This document shows, piece by piece, positions 17,236-29,500 of a stretch of 64,000 nt of DNA; position 1 is the stretch's first letter; each line of letters begins with the position of its first letter. Below the pieces are notes generated by a model, which worked only from the letters and a program-made list of their open reading frames with translations, was not told the origin of the DNA and ran no database searches. Location: positions 46,134,401 to 46,198,400 of the forward strand of contig CM120641.1 of the NCBI GenBank assembly GCA_051362555.1, written 5' to 3'. The stretch comes from Lingula anatina. Taxonomy: Eukaryota; Animalia; Brachiopoda. The position numbers and the translations under genes are program-made.

Positions 17236-20200
17236 TTATGCAGCCCTTTGTAAATTAAGTTATTTACTATTGTTATTATTAATATCATTATAATGATTAT
17301 AATCATAAGCAGCATTAACAGCACAACCATAAACATCACGATGGCTAGCAATCATATTAACTAATTCGAATCGTCTATATTTTTCTATCAAACGAAGCGT
17401 TAATGCACAAGTAATCCTAACCGCCAGTGTCGTCTATGCCGGTTCTGCTTGTCCGCACATTAATCACGTTTGTCGCGTGTATCTCTGTAGTCGATATGGT
17501 GGTGCTGCCATTGGAGGTAACAATATCGATCTCGCGGCGCTTTCTGCCGTATCCGCTTGTGGTGCCAGAGCATGAAGCCTAGATTAATGAAACAGCAATA
17601 CTAAAATACTAATGTAATCTGAAAATAGGAAAAAGGCCACGAAAATGCTAAAATGTGGTCTTGTGGAAAGCCCACTTTTCAAGTGTTGTAGGCCTAAAAT
17701 TAAAATGCCCTGCGCTGGGACTTTTTTATCAATTTTTTTTATCAAAATTTTCAATGATCAGAAAACAGAAGAAAAGAACAGCTAGAATTTGTAAGGCAAC
17801 TTGAAGTTAAAATACCCTACAGAGCGTTTGAGGTAAACATTTCACAAGGAGTGTATACACTTTTGCAACTTTACCGGTTCACAGGATGTTCCATTGAAAT
17901 ACGGGCAGACGAGAACTGTTGCGCGAAAGTAAACCTGATTGGATGATGAAAACTTAAAAGCGGTAAAGTCAGCATGGGCCGTCCTGGCATTGGCGGTTGG
18001 AGTGCCGTCTGTTAGTTTGGTGACCGCTTGGAGAAGACTGGTATCCAATGGGCAGCTATAAAGAAACGTCTGTTTATATGGGTTTTGAAAATCAACATTT
18101 CTTTCAATATTGTCCAACACGAGGTATATTTTGCAAATGAGTTGTTCAGTGAGCAGTATATTTGGTTTTCGTTCCATGGGCTTATACAGTACTGAATATA
18201 GAACTAAATGAACTAGATGGTTCAAAAGCTTTGTTTTTGTTTGTCGGAAGACAAAGACGAAGCGAGACAAATTTGATAACAACAAATAGACCCTAAACAC
18301 TTGATTTTACTCAATTAATTCAACAATAATAGACTTATAATGATCATTTTACTGAGCGATTTAACCCTTTGTCAAAACGTTGCTGAAACTTAAGCACACA
18401 ATATAAGATGTACAATAATTGAACTTGAGTTACTATACTAGTTTATCTGCTGCACGCCGAGTTTGGGTTTGACCTACCCATCGTCGTCTATAAGTTGTTT
18501 ACTCTCAGAGTCGGATTCATCGCTGGTTGGAGCCACATACACATGGACAACTTTAATGGAACCGTATACGCCATCTGCAAAATCATTGTAAGAACGACAT
18601 ATAATTTTGCACAATACCTTGTTTTAACTATCTATCTATCTAACTATCTATCTAATTATCATCATTACAATAATTATATCTAGTCTGCTGCATTATTAAT
18701 GGACATTTTTAAATGTTTTTATTACTACCTTAGTAGAAATTAGCATAAAATTCCAACTGCAAATTGTCAGAAGAAGATATAATATACAACATGTAGACCG
18801 GATTGCAGGCAAAAATGTCGCTATTAGACTAATACCAAACAGATTTTTAAAAAATACAGATAAACCATGTGTTATCGTCTCTATACCTTTTTGTTTGCCT
18901 TTTTAGTTTGCGAATAAAACAGAGGGGTAGGAACGTCCTATTCAAACCAAAAGAATAGATCTTTATCAAAGTTCATAAAAATCAGCGAGATGGAAAACGG
19001 GATATTTTTAAGATGCTGTCGATAAAATGAACCCAACCCAATGCATTTTTACTTCTATCAAAATGCAGAAAAAATGATCCTATATATACTTACCGCTGTC
19101 GTCTGTGAGTTCAAAGCGCAGTTCAAGCTCTGTTCCCAAAGTGACAGTTTGGCCACTGGCCAAGGGGACGTCGTTGGCGTTCAGGACCAGAACTCGGACC
19201 CCTGGTGTTCGGATCGTATTACTGATATTGTTGGATGGATTGTTGGCACTAATGAAAATTGTAATTGGGTCAAAGAGGGGTTGGACATTGCAAAACATCG
19301 GCAGAGAACTTTTACAAAGGTTCACAAAAGGTTTCAAAAAGGTATGCCTGTTTTTACCCGAACCTCTCATCTATTAATATCAGGCTGTCCAACACTGTCT
19401 TCAAAGCTTGGGATAGTATTTAAAGCAATTCCTTGACAATTTAAATTTACAAAATATAATTCTCAAATACGGTATACAAAACAAGGAATTAAAATAAAAA
19501 ACTTACAGATTGACGCCGAAGGCGTTAGCGGCCGCAGCTATGCTTCTTGTGCCAGGAAAGTTACATGTGACGTATTTCAAGATGTCTGAGGCAGTTTCCA
19601 GGCCGTCACTGCGAACTGGTACGACTACAGTAGTCGAGTAAGTGCCACCTCCTCCACTGCTAGACTAAATACAATTAAAGTTGGTTTCAAAATCGAACTA
19701 TGAAATCGAACTTAATAACTGATATATAAATTGAAATAACAATAATAATAAACTATACATCTCACTAGATTTGTTTACTTACTTGATTAAAAGTAAACGA
19801 ATGCAAATAAAGGATGGGAGTCCTTGTTCAGTTGTCTTTTCGATTGGGAGTCGTCTTAAAATGTAAAATCGCGCTACAGAAAACAAACCATTAAGCATGT
19901 GGTAAAAAATTCTCAGAACACGTTAAAGGAGTAATCTTGAAATTCAGCCAAGAGCGCTGGTTCTACGTTAAGTACCCTGACGCTACTTACCCGTCAACAT
20001 GGATATCTGAAAATGAAGAAACTGACATGCATCAGATCTAAAAATCAGACTAATTTCAAACTACATTTCATGATAATGAACTAAACACTTAACCAATCCA
20101 CAAGCAGTGAGGCTGTTAAAGGTTATCCTATAGGTGTCAGTAGATGTCAAGGTAACTGTGCAGTCGGCGTCTCCCCGGTAATATTGAACGTAGGGAGTGA

Positions 20201-20640
20201 AATAGGATGACGGTTTTACCACGTCCACTGATAGCCCTGTATTGGAGCACGTGACTGATTCGGAGTCTAAAAACATGAAAAAAAAGACTGTCTCATTCTA
20301 TTTGAACAGTATTTTCTACTGAAACACGGTCTCAATTTTAACACGATAGTCTTAATATTAATGTGCATGGTTAGAATAAGATAAGATTAAGTGTCCTTAA
20401 CTTCAGTGAAGAAGTGCGCTATCTTCTTTATTTTCGAATGTCCACTTCGATGAGGTACAAACCCATAAATGGGCATATATTATTATTTGAAAACGTAGAG
20501 AGTTTGTGCGCGTCCGATCTGATACTCTGGTTATCAAAAAGCCTTCACTATTTATGTTTGATGCGTTGTATCCTACCTACCTACCTGCTGGAGAGAGAAC
20601 AGCACCAACAATCTAAAAATATAACAAAGAATAACGACAT
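16301..20640 (-). CDS. Zona pellucida (ZP)-domain single-pass membrane protein; 5' end uncertain. Exons approx. 20585-20612(?), 20094-20267, 19507-19664, 19093-19250, 18477-18574, 17874-18056, 17421-17578, 17049-17155, 16301-16766
   Basis: ZP-N-like VTCSNTG...C...ACG...TC. ZP-C motifs V-T-L-G-T-E-L-E-L-R-F-E-L, LIDDDGCPLD and FTAFKFSSSNQVYFRATVLVC...C.P..C. These are followed by a furin site GRKRR, a TM helix (FAAAASVFIATALCCVILFVCLVV), a basic stop-transfer HRRRR and a cytoplasmic tail. Confidence 0.88.
16933..16992. repeat. (AAT)n-(ATT)n self-complementary microsatellite
   Basis: Read directly from the sequence. Confidence 0.9.
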
Positions 20641-22102
20641 CTTTATACGTACATTATATGGTATATAATGTAAATATATTAATTAAAAAATCAAACAAAT
20701 AAAAGTTAACCTGTGTAGAATACTATACCATTACTATGGAAGCTTTCAAATTATTTGTACTCTTGCAAGACGGCTAAAACTTAAGAATTAAGTAGCTCAA
20801 AATCTGAAAGAAATTATTAAGAAGCTGCATTCACAGCGTTCAAATACCCTGTGCAACGCAAAAAATAAAAAAAAATAAAAAGACCAACTCCAGATTTTCT
20901 CTATAGTAAGACTTATACCCAAACTTGACGTCTGTGAAATGTTTTGTTGAAAATCATACTAGAATTTCATAATAATAACAATCATCTTTTTTCATATTCT
21001 CCGAGCAGTACTTCAAAATTCAAAAGGTGCAAATAATAACACCGCTAGATTTTTAAGTCAAAGGTATATCTAATAAAGGCGTCAGCTGGCTCCCTCCCAA
21101 CTCGTACCACTGTGTAAAATGAGGTGATAACAGGTTCGCATGCGCTAAGAAATAACCAGTCAGCCAAAAAGTAGACGCAAAGATGAAACTGTGCTTCAAA
21201 AGGCAGGTGTGCCTTGGGCTAGGTACATATAAGCGTAATTTTCGAAGATTGGGTAATTTACAGAGGCCATTTTTTATTTTCTGTCATTTTGCATACTTTT
21301 TTCTTTTGAAGAAAGAAAGAGTTCGATGATGCTGTCAGTCTTTTTGTAATATTAATTTGCTATGAATGTGGACTTATTTAATATAATATGAGAATATCCA
21401 AAAGAAGTTATGAAATCTTTGTGCAACTAAATATTTATCATTATCTGAAGGAATTTATCATGCCTTGCCACTAGGGCTGTGATGACTAAATTGCTTGATT
21501 TACAGCTCAAGCAAAACATTTATTTTGTAATTTTCTCATTTAGAAACTTATAGATTGTTTTTATTATTTAGCATTTAATTGCTTTGTCGAAATGCTTTAA
21601 CCACAACGTTCCATACGGACATACGGTTCTAACGTACAGAATAAACTTGATTAAGCATAGTCTATGCATTAATAAAATTATTTTATAAGTTTTGTTATAC
21701 ACTGATGTATGGAGATCTTAAACGCGTATTTCAACATCCGTCTTCTAATGTGATATCATGTCGACATACTGTATACAACTGTCAAGACAGAAAATTACTA
21801 CACTTTACACGCCAAAAAAACTGTTTCCTTGGTAAATTTCAGGTAATTGGAGAAAGGTTACACTAGGACAGCGGTCGTTAAAATGCCAGCACATACTGAA
21901 GAAGAGACATAATCTTAGCTGCATTGTACCGTCTACAATGGTGTTGACACTACTTAACAAGTGTGTGTGTGTGTGTGTATGTGTGCGTGCGTGCATGGGC
22001 CCGCGTGCGTTTTGGGCAGGGTAGCTTTTAAAGTTGAAAGACACGTGTTCCTTCACTTCCTACAACGAGTTTGAATAAAAATGGAAAACAAACAAATACC
22101 GT

Positions 22103-22732
22103 TGATAATGTCCCTCAATTAAAACAAGGCAGCAAAGCTGTTAAATTGACAGACATAATGCAGAAAATAATGATGCACAAAACAGGTTATTTTGTCAATT
22201 TTGATGAAATACTACATAATGCCTAAAGCAAAATCACCCTAATTTTTATTTATCTACTTTACGTACCATGGACATTCAGAACAGGTAAATACCATAAGGC
22301 TTCATGCCCGTGGGAGTTCTAAGTCCCACCATGAGAATGCCAATGTGTGAAAAATAAACATTTACATAATAAAAATGAATTACTTTTAGAAAAAGAATCC
22401 AATCAGGCTGACTTTCCAAATCGCGCTGGTGCAATATTACATAATGCTCAACAGCATAAACACGACCAATTTTAATTATGCACTGCAGGTAATATAGATA
22501 TTTAGAAAATGTGACTACCAAAGGTCTTCAGGCCCACGATAGTTCGAAGTCACACCCTGGTGTTGCCAATATGTGAAAATTGAACAATTAACAAAAAAAT
22601 ACATAACTTCAAGAAAAAAAAAATGAAAAGCAGGAAAATAGCACAGCTTTAGGAAAAATGATCCGATCAAGACGGTTTTCGAATTCGACTTGTATTTTAT
22701 TAATATTCATTAATCTTTGTCTGTACATAAGA
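22103..22732 (-). mobile_element. Diverged, internally deleted relative of the HINE-like family (copy D)
   Basis: Begins with the 3'-end signature AACAAGGCAGCAAAGCTGT and ends with TGTCTGTACATAA. Internal blocks (ATTACATAATG, AAAATGTGACTA..AAAGGTCTTCAGGCCCA) match copies A-C. Confidence 0.65.
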
Positions 22733-25700
22733 AAGCAATTATGACTGCTTTTAAAGAGATTTTGTGAAAATTGATATTGACGGCTAATTTTATTTCGTTC
22801 TTTATTTCCTATATATCAATTAATTTACCCATTTCACTTTCAGCAAAAGAGAAAACAAAAGGTCTAAATAAACAGACAATAGTAAGTACCAGAAGCATTC
22901 TTGGGACAATGAGTAATAATATTACATGACAACATATATATTTGGATATAAAGATTTATTTCAATCACGCCTGAAGTATTAACGAAGTTGTAGCACCGCC
23001 CTGTCCTGGAATCAAATGTATTTGCCTCACAGCAATCAGAAATCACGCTAGACTAAAAACCACTAATACCTCCTCACTTAAATTTGGTTTTCATCGAGGA
23101 CACGCACGACTGTTGTACCCTCTGGTATCACACTAAAATAGTATACAAAATTGAAGAAAGGGACCCTGTAGGATATAATTTTGTAACAGATTGTTAGCGG
23201 ACCCTGTTGTCAGAGAGTACGAATGTTGAGGTTTGTTCAACATTTTTGTTACTGTTCGTTGATTTATTTCATGTCACTCAGTTGGAGGGTAGGGGAGAAC
23301 ACATACTTAGATGAAAAAAAAATACTTAGCTATGAAATTATTTCATACAAGCATATGCCATACATAATCACATGTTCTTAAATTTTCTTTTAATGTTAAC
23401 TCCCCACCCCACCCCATGATTCTTTAAAGTTTGAGGAAAAGGAAAATCGGTATTTAAATACAAGAAGCTGTCTAAACAAGAGAAATTCACAATAACGCAA
23501 CCTAAAATGCAGCAAAAACACTCTTTAATTTTCGAAAAACTTATTCTTCACTCAATAATTTCAGCGTTACAATATTCCATTTTCTCGCCATATCTATCTT
23601 TCTCCGGGGAAAAAAGCAAATTTCTCCGACACATGAATCTTTGCCGACATTTGGATTTGTTGTCTTGTAACGCTTTTAATCGAATAACTAATTTCTAAAA
23701 ACAATTCATATATACCGGTGTGTCTCTCGGACATTTTAGAGAGGAATATCGACGGTTTTATGGTTGTTAATTAGCTTTGTAGGATGCTTGAAAATGTTCA
23801 TGTTAAAAAAACACGACCTTAGAATATTTTCGAACGCACAGAGTATACTTTTAAATATTCACTTTCGCCTTACCTTTGTCAGTGCGATCATCACCAGAAG
23901 TAAACGCCATTTAAAACAATTCATCCTGTTTCTGTACATTTATGAGAAAGCTGAAAATATTATAAAAGTTGGCATAGGTCATTAATTAAATTGTTATGAT
24001 AATGTTCGGATTTAAGAGTCATCGCCATGCATTAGAGAAGAAAAATGTCGAGACGTTCCCGTCTTTAAGTCCCATTTTTATTATTTACAATAAATAAATC
24101 TATGAATAACTTCTAATCGTATTTTTCTTTCTTTCATTCATGTAATAAAGTTCACTCTTTCTGGGAAGAGCGGTGTGGGCACCTGGAAAACAATAACTCC
24201 AATTTGAAAAGGATTTCCTTCACAAAATCACGATTTCCAATTAATTAAATTAAAATAAGCATGAACTTCTTAGTTCAAAACATCAGTATATCTGAGTAGC
24301 ATAAGTTCGCAAAGAACACTAAATGTAGTGTTGACAATAAAAAAACCCAAAATTAACTGAACTTTATCTTACATAACACGTTAGATAATAGATAATTATA
24401 TATTTACTTTTAGCTGCAAGGCTGATCTACAAAACATTTACACTTCTATACGTTTGTTAACAAGTATTTTCAAATTCTATTCAAGTAGTCAAGAAAACGT
24501 TAATGAATACATTACAATTTACCTTGAAGGCAACTCGTGTTGCTTGGAATGAACAAACGGAAGCTTTAACGCGGCGCCTCTAGAAAGAGAACGCTGTCTG
24601 AAGTCGCCCGCCCCAGCGCAACCTATGGCCTTCCAAACACGACGTTCTTTATATTGACAAACTCTTAACCAAAAAATATGTCTGCGCGTCGCTCGCGGGG
24701 ACGGTTGTTACCGAAAGAAAAGGAGAGAGACAATGTTTCTGACCTTCATTCTTGTCCTTCTTGTAACTCATACAAAAGTCACGTTGCGTATCGTTCTACC
24801 AGTGTCGCTTTTTATCATTATCATTGTGTTCATGCAAAAGGATCCACACATTACTATATTCTCTATTTATCTCGCCTAGAGCGACAGAGACACAAGAAGA
24901 CAGTAGTACAAATACTACATGGCAGCAAGCCAGACAGTTGACTGTCCAATTACACCTTAATTTGTAGGTGGCATTTTGGGCCGGCGTTCTCATTGCCAAG
25001 AGCGAAAAAGAAATTTCATAATGACTTTGTACTCGCAGGAAGTACTCAGAATATTTAAGTCGCGTCAGCAGGTTGGTCCACTGTTATTCAACAAATATGG
25101 ACAAAGAAATTTTCTTTATATGGACCTTCTATGGGTATGGAGACCTGTTAAGCGCGGAGTTTTCTGACATCCGTCACAATTTTCAGCACTTGCCCACTAT
25201 GGCTCTCCTGCAATACAATGTTAATACGATAAAAATATTCAGATCGTTCACTCAAATTGGCTGAATCCAATTTAAAAATTACACGCGTTGACGCATTTTT
25301 ATTTCACCCTTACTTTTTTTGTATGGGCGTTTATGTCCTTCCTTAAAAAGCATGCGATGAAATTCGGGGCACGAGAATAGGTCACGCGAGAAGGAAGATG
25401 TTGGAACCGGCAATATGACGATATAAATATTGTATTGTTGTCTTTCGGGGTAAATAAATACTAGTTATCCTTTTTTCATCGGGTATTGAAATTCAATTTT
25501 AATAATGGTTGTCCTAATTCATTTGGCATCAAATAAAAGGGAGAACGGACACCGCGCTTTCTTTAACGTTTCACTTTTCAAGATGTACCGACGCTACGGT
25601 TGGTCCGTTTATCACAACTTACGAGTACTGCATCTTTCATAGTTAACTAGGTGAATTGCAATGATTTTGTTGGGTTTTTTTTTATTCAAAATATTTCAAT

Positions 25701-26303
25701 AAGCAGATTAAATGCATCACGGATGTCATAGGTAAAGACCGATTATTTCGAGCTCAATTAACAATCATTTTCAAACACGCACTCTTTATGGCACAATCAA
25801 TTCAAACAATCGGTCAAACAAAAACAAAATCAGGAGCAACGCCCTTTAATAATCATTACCATTACAAAAAATTAGAAAATAATTTAGACAGATTCACAGG
25901 ACTGTTATCAAAACTTCTTGAAATGGCATACAGTGCTGACATCTGTGTCAACTCTGAAATTCCATACACATCATAAGTGCACCGTGCATTTGCTGTACAT
26001 TGCAATATATTGTGAGGGTACAGCAGCACACAGCGCTCCAATAATGACTTTCAATTGTTATCGCTACGATTCTTTTTTTTTTTGTCCTTACTGTTATTTC
26101 TTCGTTTGTCACAACTGCATTTTTCCCCAATATTGGCCTTAATGCAGTTCAGTTCCTTCATTTGTCCTTCCTGCCATACTTTGGTCCTTTGATTATCCCG
26201 GCTGCATTAGTAACTGTAGTTTATAGCTTCTTTAGATTTAAACTGTTACTTATCCTCTGTCACAGTTGTTAACAATACCTCCCCCCTGCCACTACCCTGA
26301 AAA

Positions 26304-26560
26304 CAGCATGTGCTCTGTCTCAGTTCTGAACTGTTGCTTATCCTCTGTTGCCATGACTACAGCCAAGGTTTGACCTCTTACGCTACCCAAACTGCAGCAT
26401 ATGCTGTCTCAGTTCCAAACAAGTTGCTTATCTTCTGTTACCATGAGAACAGCCGAGGTTTGTCCTGTGCGTCACTGACTGGACAACAGCATGTCTCAGT
26501 TCGAACTGTTGCTTATCCTCTGTTGCCATGACTACAGCCAAGGTTTGTCCTGTGTCATTG
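26304..26560. repeat. Three ~92-bp tandem repeats in the FIBP 3' UTR region
   Basis: CAGCAT..TGTCTCAGTTC..A..GTTGCTTATC.TCTGTT.CCATGA..ACAGCC.AGGTTTG recurs at about 26304, 26396 and 26487. Confidence 0.8.
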
Positions 26561-26581
26561 CCCTGACTACAGCCCACCATG

Positions 26582-29500
26582 TCACTTGTGGTACATCTGG
26601 ACAATGCAGGCCGTGATCATGACCATGTACCTGTCCCAGATCTTCGCCATTTGAGGATTAGACCTACAATAAAGTGAAACTCTCATGAAAAGTGACACCT
26701 ATAAAACATGGTGTGTGTGTGTGTGTGTGTGTGTCCATGTGTGCACGCACAAATGTAGGCAAGTAGAAGGACAGGCGTGTGTGTGTGTATGTGTGTGTAC
26801 ACCACTAACATTCTCAAATGTGATAGGCTACACATCAAAAGAGTTCTTTACATTTGCAGATACAAGTATAACAAGACAGCACTGTTCTGAAATGTTTTTT
26901 TTTTTCATTTTTAACACTTTTTTAACATAAAACAAAATTAACAGTTTACTTCCATTTTTATATGATCAACTAAGAAAATTGATGAAATGTGAAAAATATC
27001 AATAAAACGGTGTCAAATGTCCAATTTCCTCCATTCTGAGTTTCTGAACATAGTGAATGATTGAATCTTACAAACTGCAATGATATGAGTTTATTTCCAT
27101 TTTTGACACCTTATTACACAATACACAATTACAAGTTTACCATCATTTTTACGTAATCAACTAACAATGTTGTAAAGATGCAGGAAATGTCAAACAAACA
27201 CTTTTACGTATCTTATTAATTAAATAATGAGACTGTTAACATGCCTAAAAATTGAATCTGAGGAAATGTGAAACAAGACAGCACTATTCTGAAATGGGTT
27301 TATTTCCATTTTTAATACTTTTATAACATAAAACAAAATTAACAGTTTACTGCCATTTTTATATGATCAACTAAAAAAAAAATTGATGAGATGTGAAAAA
27401 TATCAATAGAACAGTGTCAAATGTCCAATTTCCTCCATTCTGAGTTTCTGAACATAGTGAATGATTGAATCTTACAAACTGCAATGATACGAGTTTATTT
27501 CCATTTTTGACACCTTATTACACAATACACGATTACAAGTTTACCATCATTTTTACGTAATCAACTAACAATGTTGTAAAGATGCAGGAAATGTCAAACA
27601 AACACTTTTACGTATCTTATTAATTAAATAATGAGACTGTTAACATGCCTAAGAATTGAATCTGAGGAAATGTGAAAAAACAGCATAACTTATAAAATAA
27701 TGGTCCGATTATGCTGATTTTCGAACTTGACCTGCGTTTTAGTAAGATTGATTACTCCTGTGAGTTTCATGACAACAGGCCTATGGGTTTTCCTTGAAAT
27801 GTGTTAACAGTGTTGCATATATGCTGAAAAGTGAAAAAAAAAAGCATAACTTCTACAATAATGGCCCGATCATGCTGATTTTCGGACTTGACCTGCGTTT
27901 TATGGATATTCATCAGCTCTGTAAATATATAGCCAAAAAGTAAAACTGCCTTCCACTTATTGCGTTTACAATGAAAGTGCACGGCGACAGTGACAGTGAC
28001 AGTGACGGCAACGCCAGCCACAACAGACGCAGGTGATGGCAATATGTACAGACACATCTGTACATATTTACTGTACTGTTTGAGAACAGTAAGTGACATG
28101 GTTTTTCTTAAATGGTCATCATGGGAGCAGTGCCCAAAATAAGTTTTTTTCAAATTTTGGTGCAATATTACATAATGTTAAACAGCTTAATGACCATCAA
28201 TTTTTAATAATAAAATATTAGTATCATGGATATTCAGAAAATGTGACTAGCAAAGGTCTTCAGGCCCATGGAACTGCAAAGTCACAACTTGAAAATGCCA
28301 AAATGTAAACAAGACAGCACTGTTCTGAAATGTTTTTTTTCCATTTTTAACAATTTTTTTAACATAAACAAAATTAACAGGTTACTGCCATTTTTATACG
28401 ATCAACTAAGAAAATTGATGAGATGGGAAAAATATCAATACAACAGGGTTAAATGTCCAATTTCCTCCATCCTGAGATTCTGAACATAGTGAATGATTGC
28501 ATCTGACAAACTGCAATGATATGAGTTTATTTCCATTTTTGACACTTTATTACACAATACACGATAACAAGTTTACCATCATTTTTACATAATCAACTAA
28601 CAATGTTGTAAAGATTCAGGAAATGTCAAACAAACACTTTTATGTATCTTATTAGTAAAATAATAAGACTGTTAACATGCCTAAGAATTGAATCTGAGGA
28701 AATGTGAAAAAACAGCATAACTTCTAAAGTAATGGCCCGATCATGCCGATTTTCGAACTTGACCTGCGTTTTAGTAAGATTGATTACTCCTGTGAGTTTC
28801 ATGACAACAGGCCTAACGGTGTTCCTTAAAATGTGTTTACAGGGTTGCATATATGCTGAAAAGTGAAAAAACAGCATAAGTTCTACAATAATGGCCCGAT
28901 CATGCTGATTTTCGAACTTGACCTGCGTTTTATGAATATTCATCAGCTCTGTAAATATAAAGCCAAAAAATAAAACTGTCCTCCACTTATCGTGTTTACA
29001 AGGAAAGTGCACGGCATCGGCGACGGCATCGGCATCGGCATCGGCATCGGCATCGGCGACGGCATCGGCGACGACAGACGCAGGTGATGGCAATATGTAC
29101 AGACACATCTGTGTCTGTACATAAAAACAGCATAACTACTAAAATAGTGGCCCGATCATGCCGATTTTCGAACTTGATCTGCGTTTTAGTAAGAATGATT
29201 ACTCCTGTGAGTTTCATGACAACAGGCCTATCAGTTTTCCTTGAAATGTGTTAACAGTGTTGCATATATGCTGAAAAGTGAAAAAACAGCATAAATTCTA
29301 CAATAATGGCCCGATCATGCTGATTTTCGAACTTGACCTGTGTTTTATGAATATTTATCAGCTCTGTAAATATAAAGCCAAAAAGTAAAACTGTCTTCCA
29401 CTTATGGTGTTAACGCTGAAAGTGTACGGCGACGGCGACATGATCGGCGACGGCGACGACAGACGCAGGTGATGGCAATATGTACAGACACATCTGTGTC

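Noticed and set aside
19991-20006. Possible 16-nt microexon (TTTCAG|ATATCCATGTTGACGG|GTAAGT, minus strand) in the ZP gene
   Set aside because: The flanking exons already join in phase 0 and inclusion would frameshift. It cannot be supported without transcripts.
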